Part shown: positions 37,669-46,511 of the stretch, piece after piece
How positions within the stretch are numbered: position 1 is the stretch's first letter
Layout of the letters: each line of letters opens with the position of its first letter
From: an uncultured Gammaproteobacteria bacterium
Lineage (GTDB): Bacteria; Patescibacteriota; Microgenomatia; Levybacterales; GWA1-39-11
Direction of reading: 5' to 3'
NCBI GenBank assembly: GCA_964425075.1
Contig: CAYRKM010000002.1
Coordinates: 1 to 62,057, forward strand
Length of the DNA stretch: 62,057 bases
Notes under the pieces: generated by a model
The model's input: only the letters and a program-made list of their open reading frames with translations
Told to the model about the DNA's origin: nothing
Database searches by the model: none
Made by a program: the position numbers and the translations under genes

Positions 37669-38100
37669 ATGTCATTCTTTGGGAAAACAAAAAAAGTAGT
37701 GAAGCGCAAACCATCTCAGAAATTACTTTGGAAAAAAGACGAAGAAATACAGCACGAGATGGAAGAAATCGTTCAAGCTTTGGACATGGGGCATGTTAAT
37801 GTTGGAAGAGTTTTTTGTTACAGAACAAGTGGTTCGAAGGCAAGAGCATATGCGCGTATTTGGGCTTTCCCAAAAATATTTCAGGAAGTTCTTACGCTAG
37901 AACCTGCCTATGTTTTGGAAATAATTTCTGAGAAATTTGATAGATTGGATAAGAATAATAAAAAGAAAGTGCTTATACACGAACTTTTGCATATTCCAAA
38001 GAACTTTTCAGGTAGCCTTTTGCCTCATAAATATGGCCATACAAAAATTGAGCGTGAAGTTGAAACGCTTTTTAAGAAATACGAAAATAATAAGGTATGA
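37669..38100 (+). CDS. small putative HExxH zinc metallopeptidase
   Basis: VLIHELLHIP with a downstream H (LPHKYGH). 143 aa. The family is not resolved. Confidence 0.45.
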   Translation: MSFFGKTKKVVKRKPSQKLLWKKDEEIQHEMEEIVQALDMGHVNVGRVFCYRTSGSKARAYARIWAFPKIFQEVLTLEPAYVLEIISEKFDRLDKNNKKKVLIHELLHIPKNFSGSLLPHKYGHTKIEREVETLFKKYENNKV

Positions 38101-38783
38101 TTTATGTTCTCCACGGTGATGATTCAGCTGCCTCTCGTAGTTACGTTTCTACACTCATTGGCAAAATAAAGACAATAACTCTTGACGGAAGAACTATTTC
38201 TCACTCACAAATTGATGAGCATTTAATTTCCAAAAGTCTTTTTGGTGAGGAAAAAATAATAGTTATTGAAAATTTTTTTTCCAAAAACAAGAAAAAGAAA
38301 GAGATTTTCAAGCTAATAAGTGAGGGGGATTACAAAGGAGATATTGTTTTTTGGGAAGACACTAAATTAACACCTGCAACTCTTAATTTGCTTAAAGGAA
38401 TTGATGTAAAGGCTTTTTTGTTACCGCAGTATTATTTCCAATTTCTTGATTCATTTACCCCAGAAAGTCCTCAAAGAGTATTTGCTTTGTATCATCAATT
38501 GCTTCAAAACATGACTTCAGAGCAGATATTTTATTCATTGGTAAAAAGAATTAGACAGTTAACCATTTTGAGAATGAATGAAACTAAAAATAGCAAAGAA
38601 ACAAATAACATTCAGGATTGGCAATTGAGTAAATTAAGAGCACAAGCAGAGAAATGGAATATGAGAAATTTGCTGAAGTTTTTTCAAACTTTGCAAGAAA
38701 CGGAAATCAAACTTAAGAGTGGGGGTTTGTCTACAGAACTATCAAAACATCTTGACATTCTTATCTTAACTCAATTAATATGA
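38097..38783 (+). CDS. holA: DNA polymerase III delta subunit-like (short HolA)
   Basis: The N-terminal IYVLHGDDSAA...LFGEEKIIVIENF pattern resembles HolA domain I. At 228 aa it is shorter than canonical delta. A 4-nt overlap with the upstream gene. Confidence 0.45.
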   Translation: MIYVLHGDDSAASRSYVSTLIGKIKTITLDGRTISHSQIDEHLISKSLFGEEKIIVIENFFSKNKKKKEIFKLISEGDYKGDIVFWEDTKLTPATLNLLKGIDVKAFLLPQYYFQFLDSFTPESPQRVFALYHQLLQNMTSEQIFYSLVKRIRQLTILRMNETKNSKETNNIQDWQLSKLRAQAEKWNMRNLLKFFQTLQETEIKLKSGGLSTELSKHLDILILTQLI

Positions 38784-38844
38784 TAAGCATTAGTCAGAAT
38801 AATGTCCAGATTTCAGGACAAATTTTGTATATAGTTAAATATTC

Positions 38845-40233
38845 ATGAATATTCCAGCAAACATATTTAAGGGCTACGACATCCGCGCAATTTATCCTCA
38901 AGAAATGAATGAAGAAAACATTGTTGTAATTGCTGGAGCAATTCACGCGTTTTTTAAGAAAAATTTTCCTGAGAAAGAACAGCTAACAATTGTTGTGGGC
39001 CGTGACATGCGAGTTTCATCCCCAACTTTACATAAAGTATTAGTAGAGACATTGGTAAGGGGTGGAGCAAAGGTTATAGATATTGGACTCATTTCAACAC
39101 CTTCATTCTATTTTACTGTTTACAAATATGGATATGACTGCGGGATTCAAGTAAGCGCTTCACACAACCCAAAAGAATACAATGGGCTTAAATTTGTCAG
39201 AAACTCTCACAGTGGCTTGGTAAAAATAGGTAAAACTACAGGAATGGACGAGGTCAGACAGATGGCGCTTGAGGGAATTGGTGTTGGTCCCAATCCAAAT
39301 GGAGAAGTTATCAAAAAAGAAGGTATTTTGGAAGACGAAATAGAGAACGCGCTCTCTTTGATGGGTAATCCAACTTTTAAAAAATACAAAATTGTCGCAG
39401 ACACTGCTAATGCAATGGGAGCTCAATATATTCAAGCGTTATTCGATAAAGTTCCAGCTGACTTGGTAAAAATGAATTTTGAATACGATGGAACTTTCCC
39501 AAATCACGCACCTGACCCTTTGGATTTTGATAATCTCGTCGATCTTCAAAAGAGGGTTGTTGAAGAAAAGGCAGACTTCGGACTTGCACCAGATGGGGAC
39601 GGGGACAGGTTATTTTTTGTTGATGAGAAAGGACAAATTATCCCTGCGACACTAATAACTGGTTTGATTGCTGAGGAGCTTCTAAAAACAAATCCAGGAG
39701 CAATGATTCTTTATGATATTAGGTATATTCTTACGCCACGAAAAATAATTGAAGAAATGGGAGGAAAATCTGAGGTAACTAAAGTTGGACATGCATTTAT
39801 TACAGAAAAAATGTATGAGACAGGTGCAATCTTTGGTGGAGAATCTAGTGCGCATTACTTTTACAAGTCCAATGGAAATGCAGAGTCTCAGCTTATTACC
39901 ATAATGCTTATCCTAAAACTTCTCTCAGAAACAGGAAAACCATTGTCAGAGCTTGCAGAAAAAGTCAGAAGAAGTTATGAATCAGGAGAATTTAATTTCA
40001 GAGTTACTAATGCGCCAGAAATACTTGATGCTCTTAAAGAAAAATACAAAGATGGTGAGCTTTTGGAGCTTGATGGAATAGCAATAACTTACCCTGACTT
40101 TAGATTTTCAGTAAGAACCTCCAATACAGAACCTCTATTGCGTTTGAATTTAGAGTCAACGAGTAAAGAAAAGACAGCTGAGAAATTTGCGGAAATCAAA
40201 AGTCTTATCGAAAGTATTTCGAAAAGCGAATAG
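38845..40233 (+). CDS. phosphomannomutase/phosphoglucomutase
   Basis: Active-site SASHNPKEYNGLKF, metal loop APDGDGDR and sugar-binding GGESSAH. Confidence 0.93.
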   Translation: MNIPANIFKGYDIRAIYPQEMNEENIVVIAGAIHAFFKKNFPEKEQLTIVVGRDMRVSSPTLHKVLVETLVRGGAKVIDIGLISTPSFYFTVYKYGYDCGIQVSASHNPKEYNGLKFVRNSHSGLVKIGKTTGMDEVRQMALEGIGVGPNPNGEVIKKEGILEDEIENALSLMGNPTFKKYKIVADTANAMGAQYIQALFDKVPADLVKMNFEYDGTFPNHAPDPLDFDNLVDLQKRVVEEKADFGLAPDGDGDRLFFVDEKGQIIPATLITGLIAEELLKTNPGAMILYDIRYILTPRKIIEEMGGKSEVTKVGHAFITEKMYETGAIFGGESSAHYFYKSNGNAESQLITIMLILKLLSETGKPLSELAEKVRRSYESGEFNFRVTNAPEILDALKEKYKDGELLELDGIAITYPDFRFSVRTSNTEPLLRLNLESTSKEKTAEKFAEIKSLIESISKSE

Positions 40234-40279
40234 GTACTTGATTATTGTAGGAATTTTTTTGTAAGATAGTCAAATCGAA

Positions 40280-41311
40280 ATGAGTAAAAACCCGCTCGAT
40301 CCATCAAATTTCAGACAATTTATACTAGACGAACCCAAGCAGTTTGCTGAAGCATTTGAACTAGCCAAAAATGTGAAAGTTGGTGGAAATTTTTCCTCTA
40401 TTACAATTTCCGGCATGGGGGGCTCAGCGTTGCCCGGAAATCTTTTAAGGACTTATTGTAACGACCTTTTTAAGAGAAATTCCTCGTATAGACCTCTTGA
40501 GATATTTATAAATCGTTATTATTCTCTTCCACCAGAAAGTTACCGAAGTAATACTCTTAATTTTATCTCTTCCTATTCAGGAAACACCGAGGAAACTCTA
40601 AGTTCATTCAAAGAAGCTGTTGAGGAAGGACTTCCATGTATTGGTCTCTCTAGTGGAGGAAAAATTGAGGAAAAATGTAAGGAATATAAGGTTCCTCACA
40701 TAAAGCTACCGATTCCTTACGAAAACTATCAACCAAGAATGGGTACAGGATACTTTTTTGGTGCTCTTTTTCAGGCAATGGTAAATCATAACCTTATTCC
40801 TGATACTACAGCCGAAATTTTAAAAGATGCGAAACTACTTGAGAAAAACCTATCTAAGTATGAAAAGAAAGGAAAAGAACTTGCTACCAAACTTAAAGGA
40901 AGAACCCCAGTGATCTATGCTTCACCAAAATATAAATCAGTTGCGATGATATGGAAAATTAAAATTAATGAAAATGCAAAAACACCAGCTTTTTGGAATT
41001 TCTTTCCAGAATTGAATCACAATGAGCTTGTTGGATTTACAAACCCCCAAGGAAAATTTAGCATAATCATGCTCAAAGATCCTCAGGATATTGAGAGGAA
41101 TCTCAAAAGATATGAGGCTTCGGCAGTACTTTTGAGGAAAAAAGGGATTGAGTGTGAAATTGTTGAAATGGAAGGGGACTCAGTATTTTATAAGATGTTC
41201 TCAAGTATTTTGCTTGCAGACTGGACCTCATATTATCTCGCTCTCTCATACGGTCAAGACCCCACACCCGTCGATATGGTAGAGGAGCTAAAAGTAATTC
41301 TCGCAAAGTAA
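40280..41311 (+). CDS. pgi: bifunctional phosphoglucose/phosphomannose isomerase (SIS-domain, archaeal-type PGI/PMI)
   Basis: GMGGSALPG, SYSGNTEET and the C-terminal YGQDPTPV motifs. 343 aa. Confidence 0.8.
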   Translation: MSKNPLDPSNFRQFILDEPKQFAEAFELAKNVKVGGNFSSITISGMGGSALPGNLLRTYCNDLFKRNSSYRPLEIFINRYYSLPPESYRSNTLNFISSYSGNTEETLSSFKEAVEEGLPCIGLSSGGKIEEKCKEYKVPHIKLPIPYENYQPRMGTGYFFGALFQAMVNHNLIPDTTAEILKDAKLLEKNLSKYEKKGKELATKLKGRTPVIYASPKYKSVAMIWKIKINENAKTPAFWNFFPELNHNELVGFTNPQGKFSIIMLKDPQDIERNLKRYEASAVLLRKKGIECEIVEMEGDSVFYKMFSSILLADWTSYYLALSYGQDPTPVDMVEELKVILAK

Positions 41312-41359
41312 CCACTCGTTAACCTTGCTTTTTTTCCGAAATTTCTCAACAATAGATAT

Positions 41360-43597
41360 ATGGTAAAAAGTCATGACTTCGTGGTTGATTTGAAAGACAT
41401 AGATAAAGAAGATGCTGCTTATGTTGGTGGCAAGAATGCAAATTTAGGGGAGATGATACGTGCAGGATTTCCTGTACCTGATGGTTTTGCGATTACCGCA
41501 TTTGCCTACCACGAATTTCTTAAATACAATAAATTAGACGAAAAGATAAGGAGTCTTCTTACCACGGTTAACTACAATAACCAAGCATCCCTTTCTCAGG
41601 TTGCTAATCACATCAAAAAATTGATAGTCTCCTCGGAAATTCCACAACCAATTATTGACTCAATATTTAGTTTTTATGAAAAACTTGAAAAGAATCATAA
41701 AGAAGTATTGGTTGCTATTCGTTCATCCGCTACATCTGAGGACTCGAAGGATGCTTCCTTTGCAGGCCAACAAGAAACCTTTCTAAATATTCAAGGTGAG
41801 GCCTCAGTAATTGAATGCGTAAGACGCGCTTGGGCATCACTATTTGAAGAAAGAGCATTATTCTATAGGCATGACCAGAAACTTGATAGTTCAAGAGTGG
41901 GTATTTCTCTTGTCGTTCAAAGAATGGTCCAGTCAGACAGGAGTGGCGTTATATTCACTGTTGATCCTATTTCGGGCAATAAGAACATCATTACCATAGA
42001 GGCCGTGTTTGGATTAGGAGAAATGATTGTTCAGGGCAAGGTAACTCCTGACCACTATGAGGTTGACAAGCAAACTTTAAAATTGATAGCTAAGAAGGTG
42101 AACGTTCAAAATATCTCTCTTGTTAAAAAAGGAGCAAAAAACGTTGAAAAGAAATTATCAATAAAGGAGGGAAGTGATCAAAAAATTACTAATTCACAGG
42201 TTGAAGGACTTGCACATATAGCCAAGAATATAGAAAAACACTATTATTTTCCCCAAGACATTGAGTGGGCAATTGAAAAAGGCAAGATTTTTATTGTACA
42301 AACACGCCCCATAACGACTTTAGGCAAAAAACAAACTCAAACCACAGTTGTCACTAACCAAAAACCTCTTGTCATAGGAGATCCTGCATGTCCTGGTATA
42401 GGAATAGGAACAGTGGTAATAGTTAAATCAGTAAAGGATATTTCTAAAGTTAAAGAAGGAAGTGTCTTGGTTGCAATGGCCACTAACCCAGATTACGTTC
42501 CAGCCATGAAAAGAGCTTCAGCAATTATTACTGAGCGTGGTGGAAGAACTTCTCATGCTGCAATTGTAGCGCGCGAATTTGGAATTCCTGCTGTCGTTGG
42601 CGCTCCAAATGCAATGAAAGTTTTTACAAACGGAGAAATTTTAACTATTAATGGAGGGACAGGTGAAATTTATAAGGGAAGTATCCTTACTAAGGAGCAA
42701 ACTATTGAAGAAAGTAAAGCCAAAACCAAAACTAAAGTTATGGTTAATCTTTCAGAGCCTGAGCTTGCCGAAAGGATTGCTTCTCAAAATGTTGATGGAA
42801 TTGGACTTTTGCGAGCAGAATTCATGATTGCACAAATCGGCACTCACCCCAAAAAGCTTATTGAAGATGGCAAACAACAATTTTTTGTTGACAAACTTGC
42901 TGAGGGATTAACTACAATCTGTCGTGCATTTTATCCAAGACCAGTTATTTATAGAGCTACTGATTTTAAAACGAATGAATATAGGAATCTTGTTGGGGGC
43001 AAACAATATGAGCCAATTGAACCAAATCCAATGCTTGGATACAGGGGTGCTTTTAGATATATACATGACAAAAAAGTTTTCGAGCTTGAACTTGCGGCGA
43101 TTAAAAAAACACGCATCAATGGTTTTAATAATTTGCACCTAATGATACCTTTCGTAAGAACCGTTAATGAGATGAAATTAGTAAAGGAAAGGATTAATGA
43201 TTTTGGCTTAAGGAGGTCCCCCACATTTAAGCTTTATATGATGGCAGAAATTCCAGCAAATGTAATACTTTTAGATGAATTCATCGATGTTGGAATCGAT
43301 GGAGTTTCAATCGGCTCAAATGACTTGACTATGCTTATTTTAGGTGTAGACCGGGATAATAGTGAAGTTGCAATGGAATTTGACGAACGGAACAAGGCGG
43401 TTATGTGGGCAATTGAACGCATAGTTTCAGTTTGCAGAAAAAGGGGTATTACTTCATCAATTTGTGGTCAGGCTCCATCCAACTTTCCTCATCTTGTAGA
43501 AAATCTTGTGAAATGGAAAATTGATAGTATCTCGGTTTCACCTGACGCTATTGATACTACCCGAAGAACAGTTTTTCTTGAGGAGAAACATAAATGA
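41360..43597 (+). CDS. ppsA: phosphoenolpyruvate synthase (pyruvate, water dikinase)
   Basis: N-terminal ATP-grasp (VGGKNANLGEM), phospho-His swivel domain (GGRTSHAAIVAREFGIPAVVG) and C-terminal PEP-utilising TIM barrel (GSNDLTM). Confidence 0.93.
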   Translation: MVKSHDFVVDLKDIDKEDAAYVGGKNANLGEMIRAGFPVPDGFAITAFAYHEFLKYNKLDEKIRSLLTTVNYNNQASLSQVANHIKKLIVSSEIPQPIIDSIFSFYEKLEKNHKEVLVAIRSSATSEDSKDASFAGQQETFLNIQGEASVIECVRRAWASLFEERALFYRHDQKLDSSRVGISLVVQRMVQSDRSGVIFTVDPISGNKNIITIEAVFGLGEMIVQGKVTPDHYEVDKQTLKLIAKKVNVQNISLVKKGAKNVEKKLSIKEGSDQKITNSQVEGLAHIAKNIEKHYYFPQDIEWAIEKGKIFIVQTRPITTLGKKQTQTTVVTNQKPLVIGDPACPGIGIGTVVIVKSVKDISKVKEGSVLVAMATNPDYVPAMKRASAIITERGGRTSHAAIVAREFGIPAVVGAPNAMKVFTNGEILTINGGTGEIYKGSILTKEQTIEESKAKTKTKVMVNLSEPELAERIASQNVDGIGLLRAEFMIAQIGTHPKKLIEDGKQQFFVDKLAEGLTTICRAFYPRPVIYRATDFKTNEYRNLVGGKQYEPIEPNPMLGYRGAFRYIHDKKVFELELAAIKKTRINGFNNLHLMIPFVRTVNEMKLVKERINDFGLRRSPTFKLYMMAEIPANVILLDEFIDVGIDGVSIGSNDLTMLILGVDRDNSEVAMEFDERNKAVMWAIERIVSVCRKRGITSSICGQAPSNFPHLVENLVKWKIDSISVSPDAIDTTRRTVFLEEKHK

Positions 43598-44856
43598 CAA
43601 AAATCCAGAACATTTCTGCACGTGAAATACTTGACTCACGTGGAAACCCCACAATTGAGTCAACTGTTGTGTTAAGTGACGGAACTGTTGCTTCATCGAG
43701 TGTCCCATCGGGTACCACCAAGGGTACATACGAAGCTCATGAAATGAGGGATGATGACAAAGCCAGAATGGAAGGAATGGGCGTGCTTAAGGCAATTGAG
43801 ATCATAAATTCTACTATTTTTCCGGCAATTCAGGGGCTTGATGCATTAGAACAGCAAAAAATAGATAAAGTAATGATAGAACTTGATGGTACTCAAAATA
43901 AGGTGAAGCTTGGAGGAAATACTATTTTGTCTGTTTCCCAAGCAATTGCCAAAGCTGCTGCCAAAAGTTCTCTATTACCTTTAGCTTTGTATCTTAGGCA
44001 GTTTCTTGCAAGTCCAAATGAAAAGCACAAAATACCGACCCCGCTTTTCAATATCATAGAGGGCGGAAAACACGCCCAAGGAGGACTTAACTTTCAAGAG
44101 TTCTTACTCATACCTGCATCGTCACATACATTTGCTGAATCCCTTGAAATTGGTGTTACGGTATACAAGGCTTTAAGAAATTATCTTCGAGATAACAATC
44201 AGCCCATTTTATATGCAGAAGAGGGTGGATATGCACCATCATATTCAACCAATGCAGAAGCATTTAAAACAATTCGTACGGTAATTGAGTCTACAAAGTA
44301 TGCATATTTGAGGGATGTTTTTTTAGGGGTAGATGTTGCTGCAAGTAATCTTTTAAATAACAAAAAATATGCAATAAAAGACAAAAATGGAACCTTAAAC
44401 CAGGATGACCTTATTCAAATCTATCAGACTTTATTTGATGAGTATTCTATTGTTTATTTCGAAGACCCATTTGCAGAAGACGATTGGGAGGGTTGGAAAG
44501 ATATGTATCAAGCATTTTCGAGTAGGGCATTAATTGCAGGAGACGATATAACAAGCACAAATCCTTACCGTCTTCAATCCGCGCTTACCAATGATGTAAT
44601 TAACGCAATGGTTGTAAAGCTAAACCAAATTGGAACTGTCTCAGAAAGTATTGCAGTTGTTGAAATTGCGCGCTTTAAGCAACTTAAGATTATAGTTTCA
44701 AATAGAAGTGGCGAAACCTCCGACGATTTTATTGCCGATTTTGCTGTTGCAGTTGACGCAGATTATGTTAAGTTTGGGGCACCATCAAGAGAGAGGGTAA
44801 TAAAATATAATAGACTTTCAGAAATTCAGGGCGAAATCTCCAGAATTACCACCTAA
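43594..44856 (+). CDS. eno: enolase
   Basis: AREILDSRGNPTIE, SNRSGETSDDFIADFAV and an ATGA overlap with ppsA. Confidence 0.95.
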   Translation: MTKIQNISAREILDSRGNPTIESTVVLSDGTVASSSVPSGTTKGTYEAHEMRDDDKARMEGMGVLKAIEIINSTIFPAIQGLDALEQQKIDKVMIELDGTQNKVKLGGNTILSVSQAIAKAAAKSSLLPLALYLRQFLASPNEKHKIPTPLFNIIEGGKHAQGGLNFQEFLLIPASSHTFAESLEIGVTVYKALRNYLRDNNQPILYAEEGGYAPSYSTNAEAFKTIRTVIESTKYAYLRDVFLGVDVAASNLLNNKKYAIKDKNGTLNQDDLIQIYQTLFDEYSIVYFEDPFAEDDWEGWKDMYQAFSSRALIAGDDITSTNPYRLQSALTNDVINAMVVKLNQIGTVSESIAVVEIARFKQLKIIVSNRSGETSDDFIADFAVAVDADYVKFGAPSRERVIKYNRLSEIQGEISRITT

Positions 44857-44905
44857 ACACTTGCTTATAGATTGGAAATATTGATACAATCAAAAATTGT
44901 AAGTT

Positions 44906-45571
44906 ATGTTTAACATTGAACCATTACTGGAAGGCGTTAATATGTTTGGCTTGTGGGCCGTTTATGCAGCACTTTTTAGTGTAATTTTTGCCGAATCGGG
45001 TCTTTTTATCGGTTTTTTTCTTCCTGGAGACAGTCTTCTTTTTACAACTGGTTTTCTTGCTCAAAAGGGCGTATTTGGACTTAATATTTATGTGCTCATA
45101 ATTGGGTATTTCTTGGCTGCAGTAATAGGAGACAATGTCGGATATACTTTTGGTAAAAAAGTTGGAAAGCGATTATTCAACAAAAAAGATTCTTTGCTAT
45201 TTCACAAAGATAATTTATTAAAAGCACAGGAATTTTATAAAAAACACGGAAAGAAAACTATCATTCTTGCAAGATTCGTTCCTATTGTAAGAACATTTGC
45301 CCCAATTGTAGCTGGAATGGGCGATATGCATTATTCAACTTTTTTTGCATACAACGTCATAGGAGGGGCATTATGGGCAATTGGGCTACCTCTGGGTGGA
45401 TATTTTCTAGGAGGATTTATTCCTGGAAGCGAAAAATATTTGGAGATTATAATAGTGGGTATAATTTTTCTTTCTCTTACTCCGACCTTTTACCATGTAA
45501 TAAAAGACAAAGAGAGTAGAGATGGAATAATGAAACTTGCTTTCTCTTTTGTCAAACGAAAAAGAGGTTAG
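44906..45571 (+). CDS. dedA: DedA family membrane protein
   Basis: AESGLFIGFFLPGDSLLFTTGF and ARFVPIVRTFAPIVAG signatures. An alternative start is at 44942. Confidence 0.88.
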   Translation: MFNIEPLLEGVNMFGLWAVYAALFSVIFAESGLFIGFFLPGDSLLFTTGFLAQKGVFGLNIYVLIIGYFLAAVIGDNVGYTFGKKVGKRLFNKKDSLLFHKDNLLKAQEFYKKHGKKTIILARFVPIVRTFAPIVAGMGDMHYSTFFAYNVIGGALWAIGLPLGGYFLGGFIPGSEKYLEIIIVGIIFLSLTPTFYHVIKDKESRDGIMKLAFSFVKRKRG

Positions 45572-46221
45572 TTAGGTTGGTTAAACTTACGAACGAGGCC
45601 TGTTACAACACCCTGTATCCGACACTCTTTAGGATAGATAGGATCCATTTCACTGTTTGAAGGCATAAGAACTATTCTTCCACCCTGAATGTAAAAACGC
45701 TTCAAGGTCGCTAGATTGTCATCAACCAAAGCTACAACTATATCCCCATCCTTCGCAACCTCTGTTTTTTCAACAACTACATAATCCCCATCAAAAATCC
45801 CATCCTCAATCATGGAATTTCCTTTAACCTGAAGAGCGTAGGAAGTTTTCTTACCTGATATCATAGATGAAGCTACGTCAAGTTGGGCTTCGGGATCAGT
45901 ATGGGGCTCTAGGGGAGAACCTGCCGCAATAAATCCCATGAGGGGAAGTGAAATAGTCGTACCAACGCCTTTGATTTTTTCGCCAATTAGCGCACCTATC
46001 TGATCTTTTTTAAGAATTTTTAAAGTTCTCATGTTGCCGTCAGCTTTTTGTATGTAACCCTTGTCCACCAAGCCTCGAATTAAAGCGTGAATTGTGGATG
46101 GAGCTCTGCGGTTAATTCCAAAGGCCATTTCCTTAAGAGTAGGTGAATAACCATTTCTCTCTTGAAACTGCCAAATGAAGGTAAGTAGTTCTCGTTCTCG
46201 TTTATAAAGTACTGCTGTCAT
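45568..46221 (-). CDS. lexA: SOS repressor LexA
   Basis: N-terminal winged helix (ERNGYSPTLKEMA), cleavage-site region and Ser/Lys dyad (VKGNSMIEDGI...ATLKRF). Confidence 0.93.
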   Translation of the reverse strand: MTAVLYKRERELLTFIWQFQERNGYSPTLKEMAFGINRRAPSTIHALIRGLVDKGYIQKADGNMRTLKILKKDQIGALIGEKIKGVGTTISLPLMGFIAAGSPLEPHTDPEAQLDVASSMISGKKTSYALQVKGNSMIEDGIFDGDYVVVEKTEVAKDGDIVVALVDDNLATLKRFYIQGGRIVLMPSNSEMDPIYPKECRIQGVVTGLVRKFNQPN

Positions 46222-46234
46222 AAATTAGTTGATA

Positions 46235-46264
46235 GTTATAAGTTTTTAGTAATTAGTTTTCGAA
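46235..46264 (-). promoter_or_regulatory. lexA promoter candidate: TTCGAA-N18-TATAAC, with the -35 inside the operator
   Basis: On the minus strand the -35 is 46264..46259 and the -10 is 46240..46235. The ATG lies 13 nt downstream. Confidence 0.4.
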
Positions 46265-46278
46265 CAATGTTTCGAAAA
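46257..46278. promoter_or_regulatory. putative LexA operator: TTTTCGAAC-AATG-TTTCGAAAA (Cheo-box-like CGAACAATGTTTCG)
   Basis: A 22-bp near-perfect palindrome 36 nt upstream of lexA, between divergent lexA and uvrB. It has one mismatch to the Gram-positive CGAAC-N4-GTTCG consensus. Confidence 0.65.
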
Positions 46279-46286
46279 TCTATACT
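46259..46286 (+). promoter_or_regulatory. operator-overlapped plus-strand promoter candidate: TTCGAA-N16-TATACT
   Basis: The -35 uses the same palindromic hexamer as the lexA promoter. The -10 is at 46281..46286. It would drive a long uvrB leader. Confidence 0.35.
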
Positions 46287-46402
46287 AAAAATATATGAAA
46301 AATATACGAAGGCGTCAAGAGAGACAATGTATAGCAAACTGCATCAGTTTTAATCTTATGTGTTCCCATTGATTCTTCTAGCCTCAACTTTGTGGTACAA
46401 TA

Positions 46403-46455
46403 ACATCTTCCCCAAGTTAAAACTTGGGGTATGCCCTAAGGAAGATGTTTTCTTA
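46403..46455 (+). ncRNA. structured element in the uvrB leader (nested hairpin plus U-rich tail)
   Basis: A 9-bp outer stem ACATCTTCC (46403..46411) / GGAAGATGT (46440..46448) encloses the hairpin CCAAG-TTAAAA-CTTGG and a 12-nt bulge. It is followed by TTTCTT and preceded by TGGTACAAT (-10-like, 46393..46401). Confidence 0.4.
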
Positions 46456-46466
46456 CTTCAATTCAT

Positions 46467-46485
46467 CCCTTCGACAAGCTCAGGG
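46467..46485 (+). repeat. 19-nt dispersed element, copy A (intergenic, uvrB leader)
   Basis: CCCTTCGACAAGCTCAGGG followed by T7 and GAAGGG. Its orientation relative to transcription matches the gatA/gatB copies. Confidence 0.7.
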
Positions 46486-46511
46486 TTTTTTTGAAGGGCG
46501 AATTGAGTGTT

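Noticed and set aside
46491-46511. TTG start for uvrB at 46491, as given in the ORF track.
   Set aside because: It would add seven non-conserved residues and would make the T7/GAAGGG leader element coding. The ATG at 46512 reproduces the usual UvrB N-terminus (M-x-F-x-L-x-S-x-(F/Y)-x-P-x-GDQP).
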